Assembly (NCBI GenBank): GCA_047947115.1
Contig: CP170459.1
Location: 5,376,001 to 5,440,000, forward strand
Direction: 5' to 3'
DNA: 64,000 bases
Origin: Verrucomicrobiota bacterium
Lineage (GTDB): Bacteria > Verrucomicrobiota > Verrucomicrobiia > Limisphaerales > AAA164-E04
Shown: piece after piece, positions 37,845 to 47,279 of the stretch
Layout of the letters: the number at the start of each line of letters is the position of its first letter
Numbering within the stretch: the stretch's first letter is position 1
The notes under the pieces: model-generated
What the model was told of the DNA's origin: nothing
The model's database searches: none
The model's input: only the letters and a program-made list of their open reading frames with translations
Program-made: the position numbers and the translations under genes

Positions 37845-38422
37845 GTTGTCACTTTCATCGACTGCAATTGGAGCAAAGCCAGGAACGCGGTTTTGAACCA
37901 AGCGGCAAAACCTTGGCACATGTCAAGTCATGCAATTCATGCCAACGATGGTATCAAAACCAAAGGCAGATGATCAGCTCGCTGCGTCGCCAAGCCAGGA
38001 CGCCACAACCCAGGCAAGCACCTCAATTGCTGCCTGGTGTCATGGCTGCCATCCGTCATTTGCCTGATAAAGAAGTCCCGTTGGACCGCCCTGCCCCATC
38101 CATGTCCTGGAACAAATGGCTGGCGCCCGCCGCCACCGTTTGCCTCACTATCGTGATTGCGACGCAGTGGAACAAGGCACCAAGCCGGGACACCACCCTT
38201 ATAGATGGAGCCAAATGGCTGGCCTTGTCTCCCGAGGCACTGGTCCAACAAACGACCGGCCAAAGCATCAACGAGTGGGGCGAAAAGCTCGATCAACCGC
38301 TGGAGCAGGAATGGATGCTGATCAAGGAAGATGCCAAAGCCGCCATCGGGGGTATGGCAGGCACCTTCCTGCCCAGTAAATTCGGCGCGCTTTACACGCC
38401 CACTGCCAGTCAGCAACCCTGA
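37835..38422 (+). CDS. Putative zinc-binding (ZAS) anti-sigma factor
   Basis: HVKSCNSC (HxxxCxxC), single TM (WLAPAATVCLTIVIA), overlaps the ECF gene. Confidence 0.75.
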   Translation: MSLSCHFHRLQLEQSQERGFEPSGKTLAHVKSCNSCQRWYQNQRQMISSLRRQARTPQPRQAPQLLPGVMAAIRHLPDKEVPLDRPAPSMSWNKWLAPAATVCLTIVIATQWNKAPSRDTTLIDGAKWLALSPEALVQQTTGQSINEWGEKLDQPLEQEWMLIKEDAKAAIGGMAGTFLPSKFGALYTPTASQQP

Positions 38423-38427
38423 CTTCC

Positions 38428-39360
38428 ATGCCTGAATTTGTCATCCAAACAGAATCATTAACCAAGAAGTTCGGCTCCCAGGCGGCGCTGAACCAGGTCT
38501 CGGTTTCGGTCCCGCCGGGCCCCATTGGTTTGTTGGGCCCCAACGGCGCCGGCAAAAGCACCTTCATGAAGTGCCTGCTCCAGCTCATCCCTACCACCAG
38601 TGGCAAAGCTCATTTGCTCGGCCAGGAGGTCGGCAGGGTGGGCAGGGAAATCCGGACGCGTGTGGGGTATACACCGGAACAGGATTGCCATATCCCCGGA
38701 ATGATCGGATGTGAATACGTCACTTATTGCGCTCAATTGTCAGGTCTTCCCTACCAGGACGCACGCCAAAGAGCCCACGAAATGCTGGATTTCGTCGGAA
38801 TGGGACAGGAGCGCTACCGAAAGATCGACACCTATTCCACCGGGATGAAGCAACGCCTCAAATTGGCACAGGCCATTGTGCACGATCCCGAAATCGTCTT
38901 TCTGGATGAACCTACCAACGGTCTCGACCCGAAAGGCCGGGAGCAAATCCTGGAACTCATCCAGAGCCTCTGGACCGAACACGGCATCAGCATTGTTTTA
39001 TCATCACATCTCCTGCACGACGTCCAGCGCATCTGTGATCAGATCATCATCATCGCCCTGGGAAAAGTGCTGGTCCACGACACCATTGCCAACCTCACCT
39101 CCCAAAGGAAAGGAGCAGCCGAGGTGGTGGTGGCCAAGGATCAGGAAAGACTGTCGGCCCTGTTCCGGCAACAGGGATGGGAATCGGAATGCCTCCCCAA
39201 TGGCCATGTCAAAGTCGAGCACGCCAGCATGAACATCAACCCCATTCTGAAAGTGCTCCACGAGGCAGACATCACCCCCATCGAAGTCCTGCCCAGCCCG
39301 AACGCACTGGAAGAATTATTCGTCCAAGCACTGAACACCGCCCATGAGTCTGTATCGTAG
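38428..39360 (+). CDS. ABC transporter ATP-binding protein
   Basis: GPNGAGKST, YSTGMKQR, FLDEPTNGLDP, SSH. Confidence 0.95.
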   Translation: MPEFVIQTESLTKKFGSQAALNQVSVSVPPGPIGLLGPNGAGKSTFMKCLLQLIPTTSGKAHLLGQEVGRVGREIRTRVGYTPEQDCHIPGMIGCEYVTYCAQLSGLPYQDARQRAHEMLDFVGMGQERYRKIDTYSTGMKQRLKLAQAIVHDPEIVFLDEPTNGLDPKGREQILELIQSLWTEHGISIVLSSHLLHDVQRICDQIIIIALGKVLVHDTIANLTSQRKGAAEVVVAKDQERLSALFRQQGWESECLPNGHVKVEHASMNINPILKVLHEADITPIEVLPSPNALEELFVQALNTAHESVS

Positions 39361-40339
39361 CGCATATCAACATTGGCAAGGCCGGTATCTGGGAATCTGG
39401 TACCGTCGTGGCGCAATCGCCATGAACGGCATCCGCAGCGCCTGGGACAACAAATGGACCCGTAACATGGTGCTGGGCGCCTGGATGCTGTCGATCGTGC
39501 AGGCCGCAATTTTGTTCGGAATCGGCCAGTTGCTCGTGGAAGACAGCGTGATCTACACACTAGTCGAACAGTTCCAGCCCCAGTTGCAAACCCTGGCCAA
39601 GGGGTTGATGTCCTGGATTGTGGCGCATCCGGAGATTTCGGTGAGCAGCACCTACAGCTTCCTGTTCTATTTCTTTTCGGGTTGGCTCAAATTTTTTCCT
39701 TTGATTATCATTGCGCTGATCATTCCCGCGCTGATTTCCAGGGATTTATCCAGCAAAGCCATCATCGTCTACAGCTCTAAAGCAGTCAGCCGATTCGATT
39801 ATTTTCTAGGGAAATTCATGACCGTTTTCGCGATGCTCAGCTTCGCCTGGTTGTTGCCGGTCTGCAGCGCCTGGTTGCTGGGTGGCTTGCTGGCTCCGGA
39901 TTGGTCTTTCCTCTGGCACTCACGCATGGCCTTGGTCAAATCAATGACATTCATTGGATTCTCCTCCGCCTTTTTAAGCTTGATCGCCATGGGAGTGTCC
40001 GCCATCTCGATCAAAGAAAAGTCCGCAACCGTCATCTGGGTGGTCATGTGGGTGCTTGGCAATGTGGCCAGCAACATCGGACGTCACACCGAGCCCTGGT
40101 TGCGTCATCTCAGTTTCAATTACAATCTGGAACAGCTATCCCTGAAACTGTTTCACCCAAAAACGGAACTGGAACAGTTGCAGGACAACATCCCGGTCAT
40201 CGGCAACCTGCTGCGCGGGATACCCACACACAACATGCCGATGTTTCAGGAACCCCAGTTTAACGGCGCCATGCTGACCTGCGGCATCATGGCATTCCTG
40301 GCCATTCTCATCCTCCATTTAAGAGTCAAACCGGAATGA
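39344..40339 (+). CDS. ABC-2-type transporter permease
   Basis: Several TM helices, LISRD......YSSKAVSRFDYFLGK. Confidence 0.82.
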   Translation: MSLYRSAYQHWQGRYLGIWYRRGAIAMNGIRSAWDNKWTRNMVLGAWMLSIVQAAILFGIGQLLVEDSVIYTLVEQFQPQLQTLAKGLMSWIVAHPEISVSSTYSFLFYFFSGWLKFFPLIIIALIIPALISRDLSSKAIIVYSSKAVSRFDYFLGKFMTVFAMLSFAWLLPVCSAWLLGGLLAPDWSFLWHSRMALVKSMTFIGFSSAFLSLIAMGVSAISIKEKSATVIWVVMWVLGNVASNIGRHTEPWLRHLSFNYNLEQLSLKLFHPKTELEQLQDNIPVIGNLLRGIPTHNMPMFQEPQFNGAMLTCGIMAFLAILILHLRVKPE

Positions 40340-41268
40340 GCGAAGCAATCATCCAAGGTAAAAAGTTGAGCCGCTGGTATGGAGTGGTGATGGGGTTGAA
40401 CAATATCGACTTCGAAATCCTCCCTGGAATCACCGGTTTGGTCGGTCCAAATGGAGCGGGCAAAAGCACGCTCATTCAAATCATCACCGGACAACTCCAA
40501 CCCAGCTCAGGCATGCTCACCGTTTTCGGCGATGAACCATGGAATCACCCCGCCGTGCTCAAGCGCATCGGTTACTGCCCGGAACGTGAATCCCTGCCGG
40601 AACATTTGAAACCCATGGACTGGCTGCGAGGCCTCGGCCAGATCTCCGGCATCTCGGGTCATGCTTTCCCTGAATTGGGTGTGCGCCTTCTCAAACGCGT
40701 CAAACTGGGCGAGCAACACTGGAAAAAACGCATGGGCCAATACTCCAAAGGCATGCGCCAGCGCGTCAAACTGGCCCAAGCCCTGATGCATTCCCCCGAC
40801 CTGCTCATCCTGGACGAACCGATGAATGGACTTGACCCGATGGGCCGCCAGGACATCGCCGACATTTTGAAGGGTTTGGCCAAAGAAGGCGTCAGCATCG
40901 TCATCTCCAGTCATATCCTCGCGGAACTCGAATCTCTGTGCAAAAACATCCTCATCCTCAACTGGGGCCGCGTCATTGCATCCGGGGCCAAAAGTGAGAT
41001 ACGCTCCGATCTGAGTCAGTGGGCGGAAGAATTATGCGTTCGATGCGAGGATCCCCAAAAGCTGGCATCCATCCTGTTTCAGGAAGGCCATTTATTGGGG
41101 TTTGACATTCAGGAAGAGGAGAAAAAGCTGGAATTCCGCATCAAGGATCCTGGTCAATTCTATCAACGCTGGAACGTATTACTGCAGTCTTCGAATCTGA
41201 CCATCTACGAAATCAGCAGCAAAAGCCAATCTCTGCATCAAATCTTTAACAAGGTCACCACCTCCTGA
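40336..41268 (+). CDS. ABC transporter ATP-binding protein
   Basis: GPNGAGKST, YSKGMRQR, ILDEPMNGLDP, SSH. Confidence 0.95.
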   Translation: MSEAIIQGKKLSRWYGVVMGLNNIDFEILPGITGLVGPNGAGKSTLIQIITGQLQPSSGMLTVFGDEPWNHPAVLKRIGYCPERESLPEHLKPMDWLRGLGQISGISGHAFPELGVRLLKRVKLGEQHWKKRMGQYSKGMRQRVKLAQALMHSPDLLILDEPMNGLDPMGRQDIADILKGLAKEGVSIVISSHILAELESLCKNILILNWGRVIASGAKSEIRSDLSQWAEELCVRCEDPQKLASILFQEGHLLGFDIQEEEKKLEFRIKDPGQFYQRWNVLLQSSNLTIYEISSKSQSLHQIFNKVTTS

Positions 41269-41273
41269 AAACC

Positions 41274-42083
41274 ATGAGTCACGAAAGCACATTGGAATCG
41301 ATCTTGCAAAAAACACCGGTGCGCCCGAATTTCCCTGGCATCCTGGCTGGCATCTGGAAACTGACCTGGAAATCCCAATTGACGTGGAAGAAGATTTACG
41401 GCGTGCTTTCCAACATACTGGTTCTACCGGTTCTGAGCTATTTTTCTTTTTCGTTTGGCGATGATTCGGATGCCTTCCTGAGATTCCTGATCGATTTTTA
41501 CATGCTGATGGTCCTCCCGATCATCTGCTTGACCGCATTTGGCGGAATGGTTCGGGATGAGTTGCAGGAAGACACCGTTTGTTTCCTCCTCACCCGCCCC
41601 ATGAAAAGATGGCAGTTCTTTCTGTCAAAATACCTAAGTCACCTTGTCTGGACACAAATCATCGGCGCCCTGACTTTGCTGGCATTTGCAGTAGCGGGAA
41701 CACTGAGAGGTGTCGACGACACTCCCATGCTGGTTTTGAGCGCGTTGAAAGTTCAGTTTCCGGCCATCATGGCCTACGGAGCCATCAGTTCTTTGTTGGG
41801 ATTAGCCACCAAGAAATACCTGGTGCTGGGGTTGGTATATGGCTTTGTGGTTGAATTCGGAATCGGCCAGATCCCCACCAACATCAACACGCTGGCCATG
41901 ACCAACCATCTGAAAAGCCTCATGGCACGTTACCAACCTCTGGCCGATCATTTGGGTTACGAACCAGGCCGCATGTTGACCGCTCTGGCAGCGCTGGTGG
42001 TCACCACTGGCGTCTTCCTGATTTTCAGCAGTGTGCTGTTCACCTTTCGTGAATACAATCACTCGGACGAAATGTCCAAGTAG
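41274..42083 (+). CDS. ABC-2-type transporter permease
   Basis: About 6 TM helices, DELQEDTVCFLLTRPMKRWQFFLSK. Confidence 0.85.
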   Translation: MSHESTLESILQKTPVRPNFPGILAGIWKLTWKSQLTWKKIYGVLSNILVLPVLSYFSFSFGDDSDAFLRFLIDFYMLMVLPIICLTAFGGMVRDELQEDTVCFLLTRPMKRWQFFLSKYLSHLVWTQIIGALTLLAFAVAGTLRGVDDTPMLVLSALKVQFPAIMAYGAISSLLGLATKKYLVLGLVYGFVVEFGIGQIPTNINTLAMTNHLKSLMARYQPLADHLGYEPGRMLTALAALVVTTGVFLIFSSVLFTFREYNHSDEMSK

Positions 42084-42152
42084 GCAACTGAACAGAACGA
42101 AAATTTATCGATCACATCCATCCAGCGAATCCTGTCCTAAAACATCATCAAA

Positions 42153-42905
42153 TTGCCTCAATCCCCGGTGAAGCGAGAAGATTTATTTCCAGTTGTACAT
42201 GAAGATGGATCACTACTGGTGGTGCATAAGCCGGCCGATCTGGTGTGTCACCCTACCAAGGGCGATGAATACTCCAGCCTGATCAGCCGGGTACGACTCT
42301 ACCTCGGTGAAGCGTCGGAAGGGCAGATGATCAACCGACTGGACCGTGAGACCAGTGGCATCGTCATGATCGCCAAAGACCAGGAAACCGCGCGCTCGCT
42401 CCGCCTGCAATGGGAAGCACGCACTGTCCTAAAATCCTATCGCGCCATCGTCTATGGATGGCCGAAAGAAGATGCGTTCGAAGTCAATGCTGCCCTTGGA
42501 AAGGATGAATCCAGCGCGGTAGCCATCAAAGATTGCGTCCGTACCGACGGACATGCCTCCCTCACCCGATTCCGGGTCATTCAAAAATTCGAACGCGGAG
42601 GAGAACCTTTTGCGTACCTGGAGGCGATGCCGGAAACCGGACGCAAACACCAAATCAGAATCCATCTCCAACACATCGGACACCCCATTGTGGGAGACAA
42701 GCTTTATGGACTGGACGAGCAATATTACCTGGACTTGGTCTATGGAAGGCTCTCCAACGAACAACGCAACAATCTCCTCCTCCCTCACCACGCCCTACAC
42801 GCCCACAGCGTCACCCTCAACTACCAAGAAAAAACAACCACCTTCACATCCCATGAAGAACCATGGTTTACTGAATTCAGAATCGTGACGGAGATGTGTG
42901 AATAA
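42153..42905 (+). CDS. RluA-family pseudouridine synthase
   Basis: HKPADLVCHP, NRLDRETSG (catalytic Asp), TGRKHQIRIHL..IGHPIVGDKLY, LHA. Confidence 0.93.
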   Translation: MPQSPVKREDLFPVVHEDGSLLVVHKPADLVCHPTKGDEYSSLISRVRLYLGEASEGQMINRLDRETSGIVMIAKDQETARSLRLQWEARTVLKSYRAIVYGWPKEDAFEVNAALGKDESSAVAIKDCVRTDGHASLTRFRVIQKFERGGEPFAYLEAMPETGRKHQIRIHLQHIGHPIVGDKLYGLDEQYYLDLVYGRLSNEQRNNLLLPHHALHAHSVTLNYQEKTTTFTSHEEPWFTEFRIVTEMCE

Positions 42906-43162
42906 CCACCGTTGGGAACCAGCAGGCAAAGCGCGACCCGATGCACAAAGCTCATGGCCGTCGCCCCCATCGAGACTCAAAAGAGAAAGCCTGAAAACAT
43001 CCAACCTCCACCATAAAACCGGCGTAAATCAATGATACCCCCAAGCGGCAGATTCCAGAATTTTCCTACAGTCACAGGATTTCCTTCATGAAGCCTCAAA
43101 CGTGGCAACAACGTCTATATAATGACAGGATTGCGTCTTGTTCATCCTGATAAAAAAACGAT

Positions 43163-44575
43163 CTACCTTCCCACGCTTCCCAAATCGATTGAGAAATCTT
43201 GGCGGCGATACATGCAGACGCCGTTGATGTCTTCGCAGACATTGTAAAGCGCGTATCCACGAATGGTTTTGTCAGCTTTTTCACCAGTCTGAACGATTTC
43301 AAACTCCACGGATCGAGGTGCGCTGTCGGTAGCTTGTCTTGGATTCGGAAATGTTAACAATGACAAATCGCTGACCCAACCTTCAGTTGGCTGAATCCAG
43401 ACGGTCAGAGGTTCGGCTTCGTTGTTCCAATGCAGGGCTTGAATGGGGTTGGGTTGAAACTTCAGGTGCACTCGGATGGCCTTTTTTTCCTCATAAGTGG
43501 CGGCAACCAGAGTATGCGCCAAACCGATCCCTACCTGCTCATCACGAATGATTCTACCATCGGGATCTGGTTCTGCTGTCCGATTATCGCCGGGGTCGCT
43601 TGGTTGATCCGGGTATGCAAACTCCGCGCCACTGGGTTCAACGGTCAAGGGAATGGGGTGGTCTCCACGTTGGCTGATCTCCTCCCGGGCCTGATGAATC
43701 CAATCGTAAAAGGAATAAGGTTTATCAAGTCGCGGTCCGTATTGTTGGATGCGGCGACGCCAGATGTATTGATTCGGGTCCAGATCGAGAGCTGATTGCC
43801 ACTGGGTGATGGCATGTCGAAACAAGTCCATGTCCTTTTGATCCAGATCAAAAAGCCTTCGAAAAGCGACTCCCTGTCGAAAATGCAACCAGCCGCCTTT
43901 TGAATCCAGCGCAACAGCCTTGGTGTAAGCATCCACACACTGACTCAACGATTCATGCGCCCCCCACAAGAACAAGTGTTCGCCAAAGGCTTCCCATGAA
44001 GCGGCGGTGTTTGATTGTTGAGCAGATGTTTCGAGGTCCTTCGCAGTCTCTGAAATAGTAGAAATGAGAGAAGATTCCGTTTTTTCAAAAGCTACAGGAT
44101 CGCTCATCAAGAAAGCATCAAAGGCTTCCGGTTTCGGATTGATAGCTCGAACCACTCCAGCTTCGTCGATCAGAAGAGTGTAGGGCACAGCGGCCACTTC
44201 AAGCAGATTCAATGCATCCACCGCAACAGGCCAGTCCATTTGCTTCCATTGCATGAACAAGCGACAACGTTCAGGATGCTGTTCCTGGATGATTCCGAGG
44301 ACTTTAATCTTACCGGATTGTCGATAAGGTTCGGTGCGAGCGTGCCACCCGGGCACGTGCTTTCGGCAACCTGCTCACCAGGAAGCAAAAACATGCAACA
44401 CCACCTTCTCCCCGCGGTAATCGGAGATCGATATCGGCTCGCCGTCCTGCAGCGAAGGGAAAGCCTGCTTTGGAAAAGCGACGCCATTTTCGAATCCATG
44501 CGACATAAGGGACAGCATGAAAAAAACACCCAAGGAAATCGAACGAAAAAAACGAGTCTGCTTGAAAATCATCAT
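43163..44575 (-). CDS. Probable selenoprotein: TlpA/redoxin-like domain (UxxC) + TPR-like region + C-terminal Cys-pair domain; UGA at 44375-44377 read as Sec
   Basis: ORFs 44375..44770 and 43163..44356 are in the same frame: ...SISDYRGEKVVLHVFASW-TGA-AGCRKHVPGW...VPYTLLIDEAGVVR. The TGA sits exactly at the first Cys of the WCxxC motif. Confidence 0.85.
44341..44357 (-). promoter_or_regulatory. Candidate bacterial SECIS hairpin
   Basis: mRNA CGUGCC-CGGGU-GGCACG: perfect 6-bp stem with a G-rich loop, starting at +18 after the UGA (loop +24 to +28). Confidence 0.6.
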
Positions 44576-44622
44576 GATCGGAACGTCCAAGCCTAACGTA
44601 ACTTTCAAGACATTGCAACGGT

Positions 44623-45975
44623 TCAGCGTGCCATGGTTTTCAAGTAGAAACGGCTTGTCAGACAGACTGCGGCAACTCCCAGGCCTGCAGCCAGTCCGAT
44701 CCAAATTCCGACTGCCTGCATTTCCATCGGAAAAGCCAGTACATATCCCAAAGGAACAGTCACCAACCAATACGCCACTATGGCCACAATCGCCGGTGCG
44801 CGCACATCCTGCATGCCTCGCAGCAGGGAAATGGCGGTCACTTGCAATCCATCAAAGACTTGGAAGACCGCCGCGACCATCAGCAACCGAACCGCAAGTT
44901 TCCTGACTTCGTCCGAGCCGACAAACTGCGAAGCGAGAAATTCGCCTCCAATTACAAACACACAGGCAAAAATCATCATGACCATGGTGGACATGACAAA
45001 GCCAATGGATCCAATCCGCCGCACTCTTCTTTTCAATCCGGCCCCCAAAGCTTGCCCCACGCGAACCGAAGCTGCCAGACCAAAGCTCAAGGAAAACATG
45101 AAGGTCGTGCTCGCACAGGTGAAGGCTATCTGATGGGCGGCCAATGCGTTGGCTCCTATCCATCCAAGCATCAGTGCGGCAAAAGCAAATGCCCCCATTT
45201 CGAGCAGCAGTTGAAAGGCTACAGGCAAACCCAGGTGAAACAGTTTTTTCAAGACGACTCGATCCTCCGGGTCGCCCCAGACTCCCTGCCGAAATCGGCG
45301 AAGTTCCCTGGCCCACAGTATCCAGCCGATGATGAGAACCGCTGAGACGACACGGGCCAACAGCGTGGCCAGTCCGGCGCCGTCCAATCCCATTGGCGGA
45401 CACCCCCAGTTTCCGTAGATCAACAACCAGTTCAGCAGCACATTCAGCAGGACGCTGCCCAACATCAGGAGTGTCGGGATCCAGGGATGATTCAAAGATT
45501 CACAATATTGTTTCCCAGTCAGAGCCACCAGCATGGGTAGCAAGCTGGGTGCGACATACCAGAGGTAAGAACCGGAAGCCTCCACCACATCGGCTGGTTG
45601 CCCCAGAAACGGCAGAACCCAACGCAAGGACATAAAGAGGAGAACCAGAGGGACGCCGGTCCACAAGGTCAACATGGAGGATGCCCGGAACACACGACCT
45701 GTCCCCACATCATCTTTAGCGCCATAAGCGTTGGCAGCCAGGATAGAGACAGCTGAGAGCATCCCAAATCCAAAGACCATTGGAAGGTGGAACAGGTTGA
45801 TCACCAGCGACGAAGCGGCCAAGGGCGTAACCCCTACCCTGCCTACCATCACGGTGTCGGCTATGCCCATCAAAGTCTGGCTGACCATCCCTGCCAAAAT
45901 CGGCAGGGCCAGACGTAACAGAGACTTGATTTCACGCAGATATTTCCAGATCGCCCGAAGGGAGCGGTAGTTCAT
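44623..45975 (-). CDS. MATE-family efflux transporter (NorM-like)
   Basis: LALPI, DTVMVGRVG..LAA, N..LN..LIYG..G.P.MG..GAG.AT, LAAHQIA, FQVFDGLQ, LRG..D. Confidence 0.93.
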   Translation of the reverse strand: MNYRSLRAIWKYLREIKSLLRLALPILAGMVSQTLMGIADTVMVGRVGVTPLAASSLVINLFHLPMVFGFGMLSAVSILAANAYGAKDDVGTGRVFRASSMLTLWTGVPLVLLFMSLRWVLPFLGQPADVVEASGSYLWYVAPSLLPMLVALTGKQYCESLNHPWIPTLLMLGSVLLNVLLNWLLIYGNWGCPPMGLDGAGLATLLARVVSAVLIIGWILWARELRRFRQGVWGDPEDRVVLKKLFHLGLPVAFQLLLEMGAFAFAALMLGWIGANALAAHQIAFTCASTTFMFSLSFGLAASVRVGQALGAGLKRRVRRIGSIGFVMSTMVMMIFACVFVIGGEFLASQFVGSDEVRKLAVRLLMVAAVFQVFDGLQVTAISLLRGMQDVRAPAIVAIVAYWLVTVPLGYVLAFPMEMQAVGIWIGLAAGLGVAAVCLTSRFYLKTMAR

Positions 45976-45989
45976 TAATCCCTTCTAAA

Positions 45990-46802
45990 TCAGGCAAAGG
46001 TCTTTTTCAGGTAATCCAGACTTTGGGTGGCAATCGCTTCGGGGCCTTCCTCAAATTTGAATACCTCGACCGAAACATATCCCTGATAACCCACTTCCTT
46101 CAACGCGGCCGCAATGGGTACAAAATCCATTTCCCCAAATCCCGGACCTTTCAGATTGGCGTCGTTGGCGTGGAAGTAGGCAAATTCGGGCCACGACTCT
46201 CGAATGATATCCGGAATGGGTTTCCCCATCGAACACATGGCTTTGACATCCAGAATAATTTTGAAGGCGGGTGATGGAATGCGATGAATGAATTCAATCG
46301 CCTCGGCCGCAGTGTTCATAAAGTTTGTTTCTGAAGGAGCCAGAGGTTCAAAACAAATGGTCACGCCTTTGTCCTCCGCATCGGCCACGGCCGGGCGAAA
46401 CACTTCGGTTGCCCAGTCGGCTGCCTGTGCCAATTCAACACCTGGTTCCAGATTGCGTTGTTTGGGCGAACCGACCACGATGGATTTCCCGCCGAGATCG
46501 CTGCAAAATTGAACCAGGTCACGAAAGTATTGTTGGGTTTTCGAGCGAATACCGGCATCCGGATGGGTCATGTGCATCCCTTCAGCTTCCACCAGCACCC
46601 AATGAATCCCGGTGATCTCCAGTTCATTTTTGGCAGCCAGGTCCTTGATCTGGGCGCGCCGATCGGACGACACTTCGGTCACGTATTTGGCACAGGTAAA
46701 CGGGGCGATTTCAATTCCGTCATACCCGGTCTGTTTGACAAACTCGAAAGCTTTCTCAAACGACCATTCTTTGAATATCTCGTTGCAAATGCCAAATTTC
46801 AT
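45990..46802 (-). CDS. Sugar phosphate isomerase/epimerase (AP endonuclease 2 TIM barrel; ketose 3-epimerase-like)
   Basis: GYDGIEIAP, FEPL...ETNF, LDVKAM, FHAND.N..GPG.G, SVEVF. Confidence 0.88.
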   Translation of the reverse strand: MKFGICNEIFKEWSFEKAFEFVKQTGYDGIEIAPFTCAKYVTEVSSDRRAQIKDLAAKNELEITGIHWVLVEAEGMHMTHPDAGIRSKTQQYFRDLVQFCSDLGGKSIVVGSPKQRNLEPGVELAQAADWATEVFRPAVADAEDKGVTICFEPLAPSETNFMNTAAEAIEFIHRIPSPAFKIILDVKAMCSMGKPIPDIIRESWPEFAYFHANDANLKGPGFGEMDFVPIAAALKEVGYQGYVSVEVFKFEEGPEAIATQSLDYLKKTFA

Positions 46803-47041
46803 GCGCCCATTGAGCCAAAAAACACGTCATCATGCAATTGGTTTGTGACAGTCTCTTCGGCATTTGTCGCCCGATCCAGGCCCAGGTCCGCACATGCTTC
46901 GGCATTGTCCACAGCGCGACGCATCTGCTCAAACCACCAAGAGGCACGCTGCAGGCGGCGTTGGGAGAGGCGCTGCATGGAGCGTTGGGTGTTGCGGTAA
47001 GGGTTCAATCCGAGTTCGAGTTGTTCTGTGTTCCATTTCAT
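46799..47041 (-). CDS. Small hypothetical protein
   Basis: MKWNTEQLELGL...RRLQRASWWFEQMRRAVDNA; its stop overlaps the isomerase start (ATGA). Start chosen at ATG 47041. Confidence 0.6.
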   Translation of the reverse strand: MKWNTEQLELGLNPYRNTQRSMQRLSQRRLQRASWWFEQMRRAVDNAEACADLGLDRATNAEETVTNQLHDDVFFGSMGA

Positions 47042-47279
47042 ACGTCCCCAATCTGCCTGACACCATGAGACATTTGCTGTCCCATGGTAAAAAAAGTAAT
47101 TTTTTATGGAAGAAGTTGCCTTTGCCATGCTCATGGCATCATTCATGCATATTTTTCTTGCATTCTCACACAGCTAAGTGTAAACACAATGTAAATACAC
47201 GACCGGCATATTTACCAAGGAAATATCCAAAACACACCAAGATGCCGGGGAAAGAACGATTCAACCAAGGGCGGAAACT

